This document shows, one piece after another, positions 52,001 to 64,000 of a DNA stretch of 64,000 bases. Every line of letters starts with the position of its first letter. Within the stretch, counting starts at the first letter, position 1. The translations under genes and the position numbers were made by a program. The stretch is from Eledone cirrhosa (taxonomy: Eukaryota): NCBI GenBank assembly GCA_964016885.1, contig OZ024742.1:164796001-164860000 (forward strand), given 5' to 3'. The notes below the pieces were generated by a model. That model did no database searches and was not told the DNA's origin. It saw only the letters and a list, made by a program, of their open reading frames with translations.

Positions 52001-55000
52001 ATCTCCCCCTGATTTTTTTTTACAAATTATCTCCCCCTGATTTTTTTTACAAATTATCTCCCCCTGATTTTTTTACAAATTATCTCCCCTTGGCTGGCTG
52101 GAAATTATCTCCCCTTGGAGGCTGGAATTTATCTCCCCTTGGACGGTTAGAAATTACCTCTCCTTGGACGGCTGGAAAATATGTCTCCTTGGACGGCTGG
52201 AAATTATCGCCCCTTGGACGGCTGGAAATTATCTCCCCTTGGACGGCTGGAAATTATCTCTCCTCGGACGGCTAGAAATTACCTCTCCTTGGACAGCTGA
52301 AAATTATCTCCCCTTGGACGGCTGGAAATTATCTCCCCTTGATTTTTTTTACAAATTATCTCCCCCTGATTTTTTTTTACAAATTATCTCCCCCTGATTT
52401 TTTTTTACAAATTATCTCCCCCTGATTTTTTTTTACAAATTATCTCCCCCTGATATTTTTTACAAACTATCTCCCCCTGATTTTTTTACAAATTATCTCC
52501 CCTTGGCTGGCTGGAAATTATCTCCCCTTGGAGGCTGGAATTTATCTCCCCTTAGACGGCTAGAAATTACCTCGCCTTGGACGGCTGGAAAATATGTCTC
52601 CTTGGACGGCTGGAAATTATCTCCCCTTGGACGGCTGGAAATTATCTCCCCTTGGACGGCTGGAAATTATCTCCCCTTGGACGGCTAGATATTACCTCCC
52701 CTTGGACGGCTGGAAATTATCTCCCCTTGATTTTTTTTACAAATTATCTCCCCCTGATTTTTTTTTACAAATTATCTCCCCCTGATTTTTTTTTACGAAT
52801 TATCTCCCCCCGATTTTTTTTTACAAATTATCTCCGCCTGATTTTTTTAAAAAAATTATCTCCCCTTGAACGGCTGGAAATTATCTCCCCTTGGACGGCT
52901 GGAAATTATCTCCCCTTGGACGGCTAGAAATTACCTCTCCTTGGACGGCTGAAAATTATCTCCCCTTGGACGGCTGCAAATTATCTCCCCTTGATTTTTT
53001 AACAAATTATCTCCCCCTGATTTTTTTTTACAAATTATCTCCCCCTGATTTTTTTTTACAAATTATCTCCCCCTGATTTTTTTACAAATTATCTCCCCCT
53101 GATTTTTTTTACAATCTCCGCCTGATTTTTTTAAAAATTATCTTCCCTTGGCTGGCGGGAAATTATCTCCCCTTGGACGGCTGGAAATTATATCCCCTTG
53201 GAAGGATGGAAATTATCTCCCCTTGGACGGCTGGAAATTATCTCCCCTTGGACGGCTGGAAATTATCTCCCCTTGGACAGCTGGAAATTATCTGCCCTTG
53301 ATTTTGTTTTTACAAATTATCTCCCCCTGATTTTTTTTACAAATTATCTCCACCTGATTTTTTAAAAAATTATCTCCCCTTGGACGGCTGGAAATTATCT
53401 CCCCTTGATTTTTTTACAAATTATCTCCCCCTGATTTTTTTTACAAATTATCTCCCCCTGATTTTTTGTTACAAATTATCTCCCCCTGATTTTTTTAAAA
53501 ATTATCTCCCCCTGATTTTTTTTACAAATTATCTCCGCCTGATTTTTTTAAATATTATCTTCCCTTGGCTGGCGGGAAATTATCTCCCCTTGGACGGCTG
53601 AAAATTATCTCCCCTTGGACGGCTGGAAATTATCTCCCCTTGATTTTTTTACAAATTATCTCCCCCTGATTTTTTTTTACAAATTATCTCCCCCTGATTT
53701 TTTTTACAAATTATCTCCCCCTGATTTTTTTTTACAAATTATCTCCCCCTGATTTTTTTACAAATTATCTCCCCTTGGCTAGCTGGAAATTATCTCCCCT
53801 TGGAGGCTGGAATTTATCTCCCCTTGGACGGCTAGAAATTACCTCTCCTTGGACGGCTGGAAAATATGTCTCCTTGGACGGCTGGATATTATCTACCCTT
53901 GGACGGCTGGAAATTATCTCCCCTTGGACGGCTGGAAATTATCTCCCCTTGGACGGCTAGATATTACCTCCCCTTGGACGGCTGGAAATTATCTCCCCTT
54001 GATTTTTTTTACAAATTATCTCCCCCTGATTTTTTTTTACGAATTATCTCCCCCTGATTTTTTTTTACAAATTATCTCCGCCTGATTTTTTTTTTAAATT
54101 ATCTCCCCTTGAACGGCTGGAAATTATCTCCCCTTGGACGGCTGGAAATTATCTCCCCTTGGACGGCTAGAAATTACCTCTCCTTGGACGGCTGAAAATT
54201 ATCTCCCCTTGGACGGCTGCAAATTATCTCCCCTTGATTTTTTTAACAAATTATCTCCCCCTGATTTTTTTTTACAAATTATCTCCCCCTGATTTTTTTT
54301 TACAAATTATCTACGCCTAATTTTTTTTACAAATTATCTCCCCCTGATTTTTTTTTACAAATTATCTCCCCCTGATTTTTTTTACAAATTATCTCCCCCT
54401 GATTTTTTTTTACAAATTATCTCCCCCTGATTTTTTTACAAATTATCTCCCCCCTGAATTTTTTTACAATCTCCGCCTGATTTTTTAAAAAATTATCTTC
54501 CCTTGGCTGGCAGGAAATTATCTCCCCTTGGTCGGCTGGAAATTATATCCCCTTGGAAGGATGGAAATTATCTCCCCTTGGACGGCTGGAAATTATCTCC
54601 CCTTGGACGGCTGGAAATTACCTCCCCTTGGACAGCTGGAAATTATCTGCCCTTGATTTTGTTTTTACAAATTATCTCCCCCTGATTTTTTTTACAAATT
54701 ATCTCCACCTGATTTTTTAAAAAATTATCTCCCCTTGATTTTTTTACAAATTATCTCCCCCTGATTTTTTTTACAAATTATCTCCCCCTGATTTTTTTTT
54801 TACAAATTATCTCCCCCTGATTTTTTTACAAATTATCTCCCCCTGATTTTTTTTACAAATTATCTCCGCCTGATTTTTTTTACAAATTATCTCCCCTTGG
54901 CTGGCTGGAAATTATCTCCCCTTGGAGGCTGGAATTTATCTCCCCTTGGACGGCTAGAAATTACCTCTCCTTGGACGGCTGGAAAATATGTCCTTGGACG

Positions 55001-58000
55001 GCTGGATATTATCTACCCTTGGACGGCTGGAAATTATCTCCCCTTGGACGGCTGGAAATTATCTCCCCTTGGAGGCTGGAATTTATCTCCCCTTGGACGG
55101 CTAGAAATTACCTCTCCTTGGACGGCTGGAAAATATGTCCTTGGACGGCTGGATATTACCTCCCCTTGGACGGCTGGAAATTATCTCCCCTTGATTTTTT
55201 TTACAAATTATCTCCCCCTGATTTTTTTTACAAATCTAATGATTTTAAAAAAAAAATTATCTCCCCTTCGCTGGCTGGAAATTATCTCCCCTTCGCTGGC
55301 TGGAAATTATCTCCCCTTGGACGCTGGAAATTATAGCCCCTTGGAGGGTTGGAAATTATCTTCCCTTGGACGGCTGGAAATTATCTCCCCTTGGCTCGAA
55401 ATTATCTCCCCTTGGACGGCTAGAAATTATCTCTCTTTGGACGGCTGGAAATTATCTCCCTTTGATTTTTTTTACAAATTATCTCCCCCTGATTTTTTTT
55501 ACAAATCTCCCCCTGATTTTTTAAAAAAAATTATCTCCCCTTCGCTGGCTGGAAATTATCTCCCCTTGGACACTGGAAATTATAGCCCCTTGGAGGGCTG
55601 GAAATTATCTTCCCTTGGACGGCTGGAAATTATCTCTGCTTGATTTTTTTTACAAATTATCTCCCCCTGATTTTTTTTTACAAATTATCCCCCCCGATTT
55701 TTTTTACAAATTATCTCCCCCTGATTTTTTTTACAAATTATCTCCCCTTGGACGGCTGGAAATTATCTCCCCTTGGACGGCTGGAAATTATCTCCCCTTG
55801 GACGGCTAGAAATTACCTCTCCTTGGACGACTGAAAATTATCTCCCCTTGGACGGCTGCAAATTATCTCCCCTTGATTTTTTTTACAAATTATCTCCCCC
55901 TGATTTTTTTTTACAAATTATCTCCCCCTGATTTTTTTTTTACAAATTATCTCCGCCTGATTTTTTTTTAAAATTATCTCTCCTTGGACGGCTGGATATT
56001 ATCTCCCCTTTCATTTTTTTTACAAATTATCTCCCCCTGATTTTTTTTTACAAATTATCTCCCCCTGATTTTTTTTTTACAAATTATCTACCCCTAATTT
56101 TTTTTTACAAATTATCTCCCCCTGATTTTTTTTACAAATTATCTCCCCCTGATTTTTTTTTTACAAATTATCTCCCCCTGATTTTTTTTACAAATTATCT
56201 CCGCCTGATTTTTTTAAATATTATCTTCTCTTGGCTGGCGGGAAATTATCTCCCCTTGGACGGCTGAAAATTATCTCCCCTTGGACGGCTGGAAATTATC
56301 TCCCCTTGATTTTTTTTACAAATTATCTCCCCCTGATTTTTTTTTACAAATTATCTGCCCCTGATTTTTTTTACAAATTATCTCCCCCTGATTTTTTTTT
56401 ACAAATTATCTCCCCCTGATTTTTTTTACAAATTATCTCCCCCTGATTTTTTTACAAATTATCTCCCCTTGGCTGGCTGGAAATTATCTCCCCTTGGAGG
56501 CTGGAATTTATCTCCCCTTGGACGGCTAGAAATTACCTCTCCTTGGACGGCTGGAAAATATGTCCTTGGACGGCTGGATATTATCTACCCTTGGACGGCT
56601 GGAAATTATCTCCCCTTGGACGGCTGGAAATTATCTCCCCTTGGACGGCTAGATATTACCTCCCCTTGGACGGCTGGAAATTATCTCCCCTTGATTTTTT
56701 TTACAAATTATCCCCCCCTGATTTTTTTTTACAAATTATCTCCCCCTGATTTTTTTTTACAAATTATCTATCCCTGATTTTTTTTTACAAATTATCTCCC
56801 CCTAATTTTTTTTACAAATTATCTCTCCCTGATTTTTTTTTACAAATTATCTCCCCCTGATTTTTTTTTACAAATTATCTACCCCTGATTTTTTTTTACA
56901 AATTATCTCCCCCTGATTTTTTTTACAAATTATCTCCCCCTGATTTTTTTTACAAATTATCTCCCCCTGATTTTTTTACAAATTATCTCCCCCCGATTTT
57001 TTTTACAAATTATCTCCGCCTAATTTTTTTAAATATTATCTTCCCTTGGCTGGCGGGAAATTATCTCCCCTTGGACGGCTGAAAATTATCTCCCCTTGGA
57101 CGGCTGGAAATTATCTCCCCTTGATTTTTTTACAAATTATCTCCCCCTGATTATTTTTTACAAATTATCTCCCCCTGATTTTTTTTTACAAATTATCTCC
57201 CTCTGATTTTTTTTACAAATTATCTCCCCTTGGCTGGCTGGAAATTATCTCCCCTTGGAGGCTGGAATTTATCTCCACTTGGACGGTTAGAAATTACCTC
57301 TCCTTGGACTGCTGGAAAATATGTCTCCTTGGACGGCTGGAAATTATCTCCCCTTGGACGGCTGGAAATTATCTCCCCTTGGACGGCTGGAAATTATCTC
57401 TCCTCGGACGACTAGAAATTACCTCTCCTTGGACAGCTGAAAATTATCTCCCCTTGGACGGCTGGAAATTATCTCCCCTTGATTTTTTTTACAAATTATC
57501 TCCCCCCGATTTTTTTTTACAAATTATCTCCCCCTGATTTTTTTTTACAAATTATCTCCCCCTGATTTTTTTTACAAATTATCTCCCCCTGATATTTTTT
57601 ACAAATTATCTCCCCCTGATTTTTTTACAAATTATCTCCCCTTGGCTGGCTGGAAATTATCTCCCCTTGGAGGCTGGAATTTATCTCCCCTTGGACGGCT
57701 AGAAATTACCTCGCCTTGGACGGCTGGAAAATATGTCTCCTTGGACGACTGGAAATTATCTCCCCTTGGACGGCTGGAAATTATCTCCCCTTGGACGGCT
57801 GGAAATTATCTCCCCTTGGACGGCTAGATATTACCTCCCCTTGGACGGCTGGAAATTATCTCCCCTTGATTTTTTTTACAAATTATCTCCCCCTGATTTT
57901 TTTTTTAAATTATCTCCCCTTGAACGGCTGGAAATTATCTCCCCTTGGACGGCTGGAAATTATCTCCCCTTGGACGGCTAGAAATTACCTCTCCTTGGAC

Positions 58001-59040
58001 GGCTGAAAATTATCTCCCCTTGGACGGCTGCAAATTATCTCCCCTTGATTTTTTAACAAATTATCTCCCCCTGATTTTTTTTTACAAATTATCTCCCCCT
58101 GATTTTTTTTTACAAATTATCTACGCCTAATTTTTTTTACAAATTATCTCCCCCTGATTTTTTTTTACAAATTATCTCCCCCTGATTTTTTTTACAAATT
58201 ATCTCCCCCTGATTTTTTTTTACAAATTATTTCCCCCTGATTTTTTTACAAATTATCTCCCCCCTGATTTTTTTTACAATCTCCGCCTGATTTTTGTAAA
58301 AATTATCTTGCCTTGGCTGGCGGGAAATTATCTCCCCTTGGACGGCTGGAAATTATATCCCCTTGGACGGCTGGAAATTACCTCCCCTTGGACAGCTGGA
58401 AATTATCTGCCCTTGATTTTGTTTTTACAAATTATCTCCCCCTGATTTTTTTTACAAATTATCTCCACCTGATTTTTTAAAAAATTATCTCCCCTTGGAC
58501 GGCTGGAAATTATCTCCCCTTGATTTTTTTACAAATTATCTCCCCCTGATTTTTTTTACAAATTATCTCCCCCTGATTTTTTTTTACAAATTATCTCCCC
58601 CTGATTTTTTTACAAATTATCTCCCCCTGATTTTTTTTACAAATTATCTCCGCCTGATTTTTTTAAATATTATCTTCCCTTGGCTGGCGGGAAATTATCT
58701 CCCCTTGGACGGCTGATAATTATCTCCCCTTGGACGGCTGGAAATTATCTCCCCTTGATTTTTTTTACAAATTATCTCCCCCTGATTTTTTTTTACAAAT
58801 TATCTCCCCCTGATTTTTTTTACAAATTATCTCCGCCTGATTTTTTTAAATATTATCTTCCCTTGGCTGGCTGGAAATTATCTCCCCTTGGAGGCTGGAA
58901 TTTATCTCCCCTTGGACGGCTAGAAATTACCTCTCCTTGGACGGCTGGAAAATATTTCTCCTTGGACGGCTGGATATTATCTACCCTTGGACGGGTGGAA
59001 ATTATCTCCCCTTGGACGGCTGGAAATTATCTCCCCTTGG
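40083..59040. repeat. HOR domain 3: two copies at offset 9493 bp, changing to 9287 bp after a net 206-bp loss in copy 2
   Basis: ORF pairs 40207/49700, 40862/50355, 41627/51120, 42597/52090, 45404/54897, 46122/55615 (offset 9493) and 46944/56231, 47943/57230, 49208/58495, 49650/58937 (offset 9287). Confidence 0.93.
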
Positions 59041-62000
59041 ACGGCTAGATATTACCTCCCCTTGGACGACTGGAAATTATCTCCCCTTGATTTTTTTTAC
59101 AAATTATCTCCCCCTGATTTTTTTTTTACAAATTATCTCCCCCTGATTTTTTTACAAATTATCTCCCCCTGATTTTTTTTACAAATTATCTCCGCCTGAT
59201 TTTTTTAAATATTATCTTCTCTTGGCTGGCGCGAAATTATCTCCCCTTGGACGGCTGAAAATTATCTCCCCTTGGACGGCTGGAAATTATCTCCCCTTGA
59301 TTTTTTTTACAAATTATCTCCCCCTGATTTTTTTTAAAAAATTATCTCCCCCTGATTTTTTTTTACAAATTATCTCCCCCTGATTTTTTTTTACAAATTA
59401 TCTCCCCCTGATTTTTTTTACAAATTATCTCCCCCTGATTTTTTTACAAATTATCTCCCCTTGGCTGGCTGGAAATTATCTCCCCTTGGACACTGTAAAT
59501 TATAGCCCCTTGGAGGGCTGGAAATTATCTTACCTTGGACGGCTGGAAATTATCTCTGCTTGATTTTTTTTACAAATTATCTCCCCCTGATTTTTTTTTA
59601 CAAATTATCCCCCCCGATTTTTTTTACAAATTATCTCCCCCTGATTTTTTTTACAAATTATCTCCCCTTGGACGGCTGGAAATTATCTCCCCTTGGACGG
59701 CTGGAAATTATCTCTCCTTGGACGGCTAGAAATTACCTCTCCTTGGACGACTGAAAATTATCTCCCCTTGGACGGCTGCAAATTATCTCCCCTTGATTTC
59801 TTTTACAAATTATCTCCGCCTGATTTTTTTTTTAAAATTATCTCCCCTTGGACGGCTGGAAATTACCTCCCCTTGGACGGCTGGAAATTATCTCCCCTTG
59901 GACGGCTAGAAATTACCTCTCATTGGACGGCTGAAAATTATCTCCCCTTGGACGGCTGGAAATTATCTCCCCTTGATTTTTTTTACAAATTATCTCCCCC
60001 TGATTTTTTTTTTACAAATTATCTCCGCCTGATTTTTTTTTAAAATTATCTCTCCTTGGACGGCTGGATATTATCTCCCCTTTCATTTTTTTTACAAATT
60101 ATCTCCCCCTGATTTTTTTTTACAAATTATCTCCCCCTGATTTTTTTTTACAAATTATCTACCCCTAATTTTTTTTTACAAATTATCTCCCCCTGATTTT
60201 TTTTACAAATTATCTCCCCCTGATTTTTTTTTTACAAATTATCTCCCCCTGATTTTTTTACAAATTATCTCCCCCTGATTTTTTTTACAAATTATCTCCG
60301 CCTGATTTTTTTAAATATTATCTTCTCTTGGCTGGCGGGAAATTATCTCCCCTTGGACGGCTGAAAATTATCTCCCCTTGGACGGCTGGAAATTATCTCC
60401 CCTTGATTTTTTTTACAAATTATCTCCCCCTGATTTTTTTTTACAAATTATCTCCCCCTGATTTTTTTTTACAAATTATCTCCCCCTGATTTTTTTTTAC
60501 AAATTATCTCCCCCTGATTTTTTTTACAAATTATCTCCCCCTGATTTTTTTACAAATTATCTCCCCTTGGCTGGCTGGAAATTATCTCCCCTTGGAGGCT
60601 GGAATTTATCTCCCCTTGGACGGCTAGAAATTACCTCTCCTTGGACGGCTGGAAAATATGTCCTTGGACGGCTGGATATTATCTACCCTTGGACGGCTGG
60701 AAATTATCTCCCCTTGGACGGCTGGAAATTATCTCCCCTTGGACGGCTAGATATTACCTCCCCTTGGACGGCTGGAAATTATCTCCCCTTGATTTTTTTT
60801 ACAAATTATCTCCCCCTGATTTTTTTTTACAAATTATCTCCCCCTGATTTTTTTTTACAAATTATCTCCGCCTGATTTTTTTTTACAAATTATCTCCCCC
60901 TAATTTTTTTTACAAATTATCTCTCCCTGATCTTTTTTTACAAATTATCTCCCCCTGATTTTTTTTTACCAATTATCTACCCCTGATTTTTTTTTACAAA
61001 TTATCTCCCCCTTATTTTTTTTACAAATTATCTCCCCCTGATTTTTTTTACAAATTATCTCCCCCTGATTTTTTTACAAATTATCTCCCCCCGATTTTTT
61101 TTACAAATTATATCCGCCTAATTTTTTAAATATTATCTATCCTTGGCTGGCGGGAAATTATCTCCCCTTGGACGGCTGAAAATTTTCTCCCCTTGGACGG
61201 CTGGAAATTATCTCCCCTTGATTTTTTTACAAATTATCTCCCCCTGATTATTTTTTACAAATTATCTCCCCCTGATTTTTTTTTACAAATTATCTCCCTC
61301 TGATTTTTTTTACAAATTATCTCCCCTTGGCTGGCTGGAAATTATCTCCCCTTGGAGGCTGGAATTTATCTCCCCTTGGACGGTTAGAAATTACCTCTCC
61401 TTGGACTGCTGGAAAATATGTCTCCTTGGACGGCTGGAAATTATCTCCCCTTGGACGGCTGGAAATTATCTCCCCTTGGACGGCTGGAAATTATCTCTCC
61501 TCGGACGACTAGAAATTACCTCTCCTTGGACAGCTGAAAATTATCTCCCCTTGGACGGCTGGAAATTATCTCCCCTTGATTTTTTTTACAAATTATCTCC
61601 CCCTGATTTATTTTACAAATTATCTCCCCCTGATTTTTTTTTACAAATTATCTCCCCCTGATTTTTTTTACAAATTATCTCCCCCTGATATTTTTTACAA
61701 ATTATCTCCCCCTGATTTTTTTACAAATTATCTCCCCTTGGCTGGCTGGAAATTATCTACCCTTGGAGGCTGGAATTTATCTCCCCTTGGACGGCTAGAA
61801 ATTACCTCGCCTTGGACGGCTGGAAAATATGTCTCCTTGGACGGCTGGAAATTATCTCCCCTTGGACGGCTGGAAATTATCTCCCCTTGGACGGCTGGAA
61901 ATTATCTCCCCTTGGACGGCTAGATATTACCTCCCCTTGGACGGCTGGAAATTATCTCCCCTTGATTTTTTTTACAAATTATCTCCCCCTGATTTTTTTT

Positions 62001-64000
62001 TACAAATTATCTCCCCCTGATTTTTTTTTACGAAGTATCTCCCCCTGATTTTTTTTTACAAATTATCTCCGCCTGATTTTTTTTAAAAAATTATCTCCCC
62101 TTGAACGGCTGGAAATTATCTCCCCTTGGACGGCTGGAAATTATCTCCCCTTGGACGGCTAGAAATTACCTCTCCTTGGACGGCTGAAAATTATCTCCCA
62201 TTGGACGGCTGCAAATTATCTCCCCTTGATTTTTTAACAAATTATCTCCCCCTGATTTTTTTTTACAAATTATCTCCCCCTGATTTTTTTTTACAAATTA
62301 TCTACGCCTAATTTTTTTTACAAATTATCTCCCCCTGATTTTTTTTATACAAATTATCTCCCCCTGATTTTTTTTACAAATTATCTCCCCCTGATTTTTT
62401 TTTACAAATTATTTCCCCCTGATTTTTTTACAAATTATCTCCCCCCTGATTTTTTTTACAATCTCCGCCTGATTTTTTTAAAAATTATCTTCCCTTGGCT
62501 GGCGGGAAATTATCTCCCCTTGGACGGCTGGAAATTATATCCCCTTGGAAGGATGGAAATTATCTCCCCTTGGACGGCTGGAAATTATCTCCCCTTGGAC
62601 GGCTGGAAATTATCTCCCCTTGGACAGCTGGAAATTATCTGTCCTTGATTTTGTTTTTACAAATTATCTCCCCCTGATTTTTTTTACAAATTATCTCCAC
62701 CTGATTTTTTAAAAAATTATCTCCCCTTGGACGGCTGGAAATTATCTCCCCTTGATTTTTTTTACAAATTATCTCCCCCTGATTTTTTTTTACAAATTAT
62801 CTCCCCCTGATTTTTTTTTACAAATTATCTCCCCCTGATATTTTTTACAAATTATCTCCCCCTGATTTTTTTACAAATTATCTCCCCTTGGCTGGCTGGA
62901 AATTATCTCCCCTTGGAGGCTGGAATTTATCTCCCCTTGGACGGCTAGAAATTACCTCGCCTTGGACGGCTGGAAAATATGTCTCCTTGGACGGCTGGAA
63001 ATTATCTCCCCTTGGACGGCTGGAAATTATCTCCCCTTGGACAGCTGGAAATTATCTCCCCTTGGACGGCTAGATATTACCTCCCCTTGGACGGCTGGAA
63101 ATTATCTCCCCTTGATTTTTTTTACAAATTATCTCCCCCTGATTTTTTTTTACAAATTATCTCCCCCGGATTTTTTTTACGAATTATCTCCCCCCGATTT
63201 TTTTTACAAATTATCTCCGGCTGATTTTTTTTTAAAAATTATCTCCCCTTGAACGGCTGGAAATTATCTCCCCTTGGACGGCTGGAAATTATCTCCCCTT
63301 GGACGGCTAGAAATTACCTCTCCTTGGACGGCTGAAAATTATCTCCCCTTGGACGGCTGCAAATTATCTCCCCTTGATTTTTTAACAAATTATCTCCCCC
63401 TGATTTTTTTTTACAAATTATCTCCCCCTGATTTTTTTTTACAAATTATCTCCCCCTGATTTTTTTTTACAAATTATCTCCCCCTGATTTTTTTACAAAT
63501 TATCTCCCCCTGATTTTTTTTACAATCTCCGCCTGATTTTTTAAAAAATTATCTTCCCTTGGCTGGCGGGAAATTATCTCCCCTTGGACGGCTGGAAATT
63601 ATCTCCCCTTGGACGGCTGGAAATTATCTCCCCTTGGACAGCTGGAAATTATCTGCCCTTGATTTTGTTTTTACAAATTATCTCCCCCTGATTTTTTTTA
63701 CAAATTATCTCCACCTGATTTTTTAAAAAATTATCTCCCCTTGGACGGCTGGAAATTATCTCCCCTTGATTTTTTTACAAATTATCTCCCCCTGATTTTT
63801 TTTACAAATTATCTCCCCCTGATTTTATGTTACAAATTATCTCCCCCTGATTTTTTTACAAATTATCTCCCCCTGATTTTTTTTACAAATTATCTCCGCC
63901 TGATTTTTTTAAATATTATCTTCCCTTGGCTGGCGGGAAATTATCTCCCCTTGGACGGCTGGAAATTATCTCCCCTTGATTTTTTTTACAAATTATCTCC
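59040..64000. repeat. Mosaic segment assembled from pieces matching domains 1 and 2
   Basis: 58937 matches 12896; 59535 and 59693 match 2972 and 3130; 60567 matches 3976; 61327-62311 matches 22317-23301; 62495 matches 14800; 62888 and 63274 match 20441 and 20829. Confidence 0.8.

Larger units (their letters stand above)
1..64000. repeat. Composite two-monomer satellite DNA array (25-bp type A plus 26-29-bp type B), head-to-tail, running off both ends of the window
   Basis: The core AAATTATCTCCCC(C/T)TG or a close variant recurs every 25-29 bp from the first to the last line (roughly 2,400 monomers, from 64000/26.5). I saw no unique spacer and no inverted copy. Confidence 0.99.

Noticed and set aside
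68-63459. Several hundred short + strand ORFs in the supplied track (60-248 aa)
   Set aside because: They are translations of the repeat. Canonical A has no stop in any + frame, starts are mostly TTG from the core, all three frames give the same peptides (GWKLSPL, LEIISPW, NYLPLD), and frames shift with T-tract length.
1-64000. Total absence of minus-strand ORFs as a possible sign of coding selection on the + strand
   Set aside because: Each monomer has TAA on the minus strand (GATAAT), and monomer lengths that are not multiples of 3 move it through all frames.
1-64000. CRISPR-like array (constant repeat plus variable spacer)
   Set aside because: The intervening parts are only about 9-13 bp and fall into two recurring types rather than unique spacers; there is no leader and no cas gene.
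1-64000. Telomeric repeat array (G-rich strand, 25-bp unit as in some yeasts)
   Set aside because: Two monomer types, ordered variants and multi-kb HORs over more than 64 kb do not fit templated telomerase synthesis. A subtelomeric location cannot be excluded.
1-64000. Synthetic, low-complexity or sequencing-artefact origin
   Set aside because: Nested, heritable variants shared between distant copies and exact multi-kb offsets are what natural satellite evolution produces. Exact copy number still needs read validation.

Overview
The whole 64 kb window is one uninterrupted, head-to-tail, single-orientation satellite DNA array of eukaryotic type. I found no genes, RNA genes, transposon bodies or unique sequence. 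It is built from two short monomers that share the core AAATTATCTCCCC(C/T)TG: type A (25 bp, GGAAATTATCTCCCCTTGGACGGCT, 52% GC, one CpG) and type B (26-29 bp, ACAAATTATCTCCCCCTGA followed by T7-T10, about 30% GC). A and B occur in alternating homogeneous runs of about 25-350 bp. The A runs form a small set of stereotyped cassettes in which variant monomers keep a fixed order. The cassettes are assembled into multi-kb higher-order repeats (HORs) whose period changes along the window: about 6.2-6.5 kb (1-12.3 kb), about 8.7 kb made of ~4.0 + ~4.7 kb subunits (13.8-38.3 kb), and about 9.3-9.5 kb (40.1-59.0 kb), followed by a mosaic of earlier segments (59-64 kb). All listed ORFs are artefacts of the repeat. 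HOR periods were derived from offsets between matching ORFs in the supplied track and spot-checked on the sequence; domain boundaries are approximate. The organism and any function (for example centromeric) cannot be established from this window alone.
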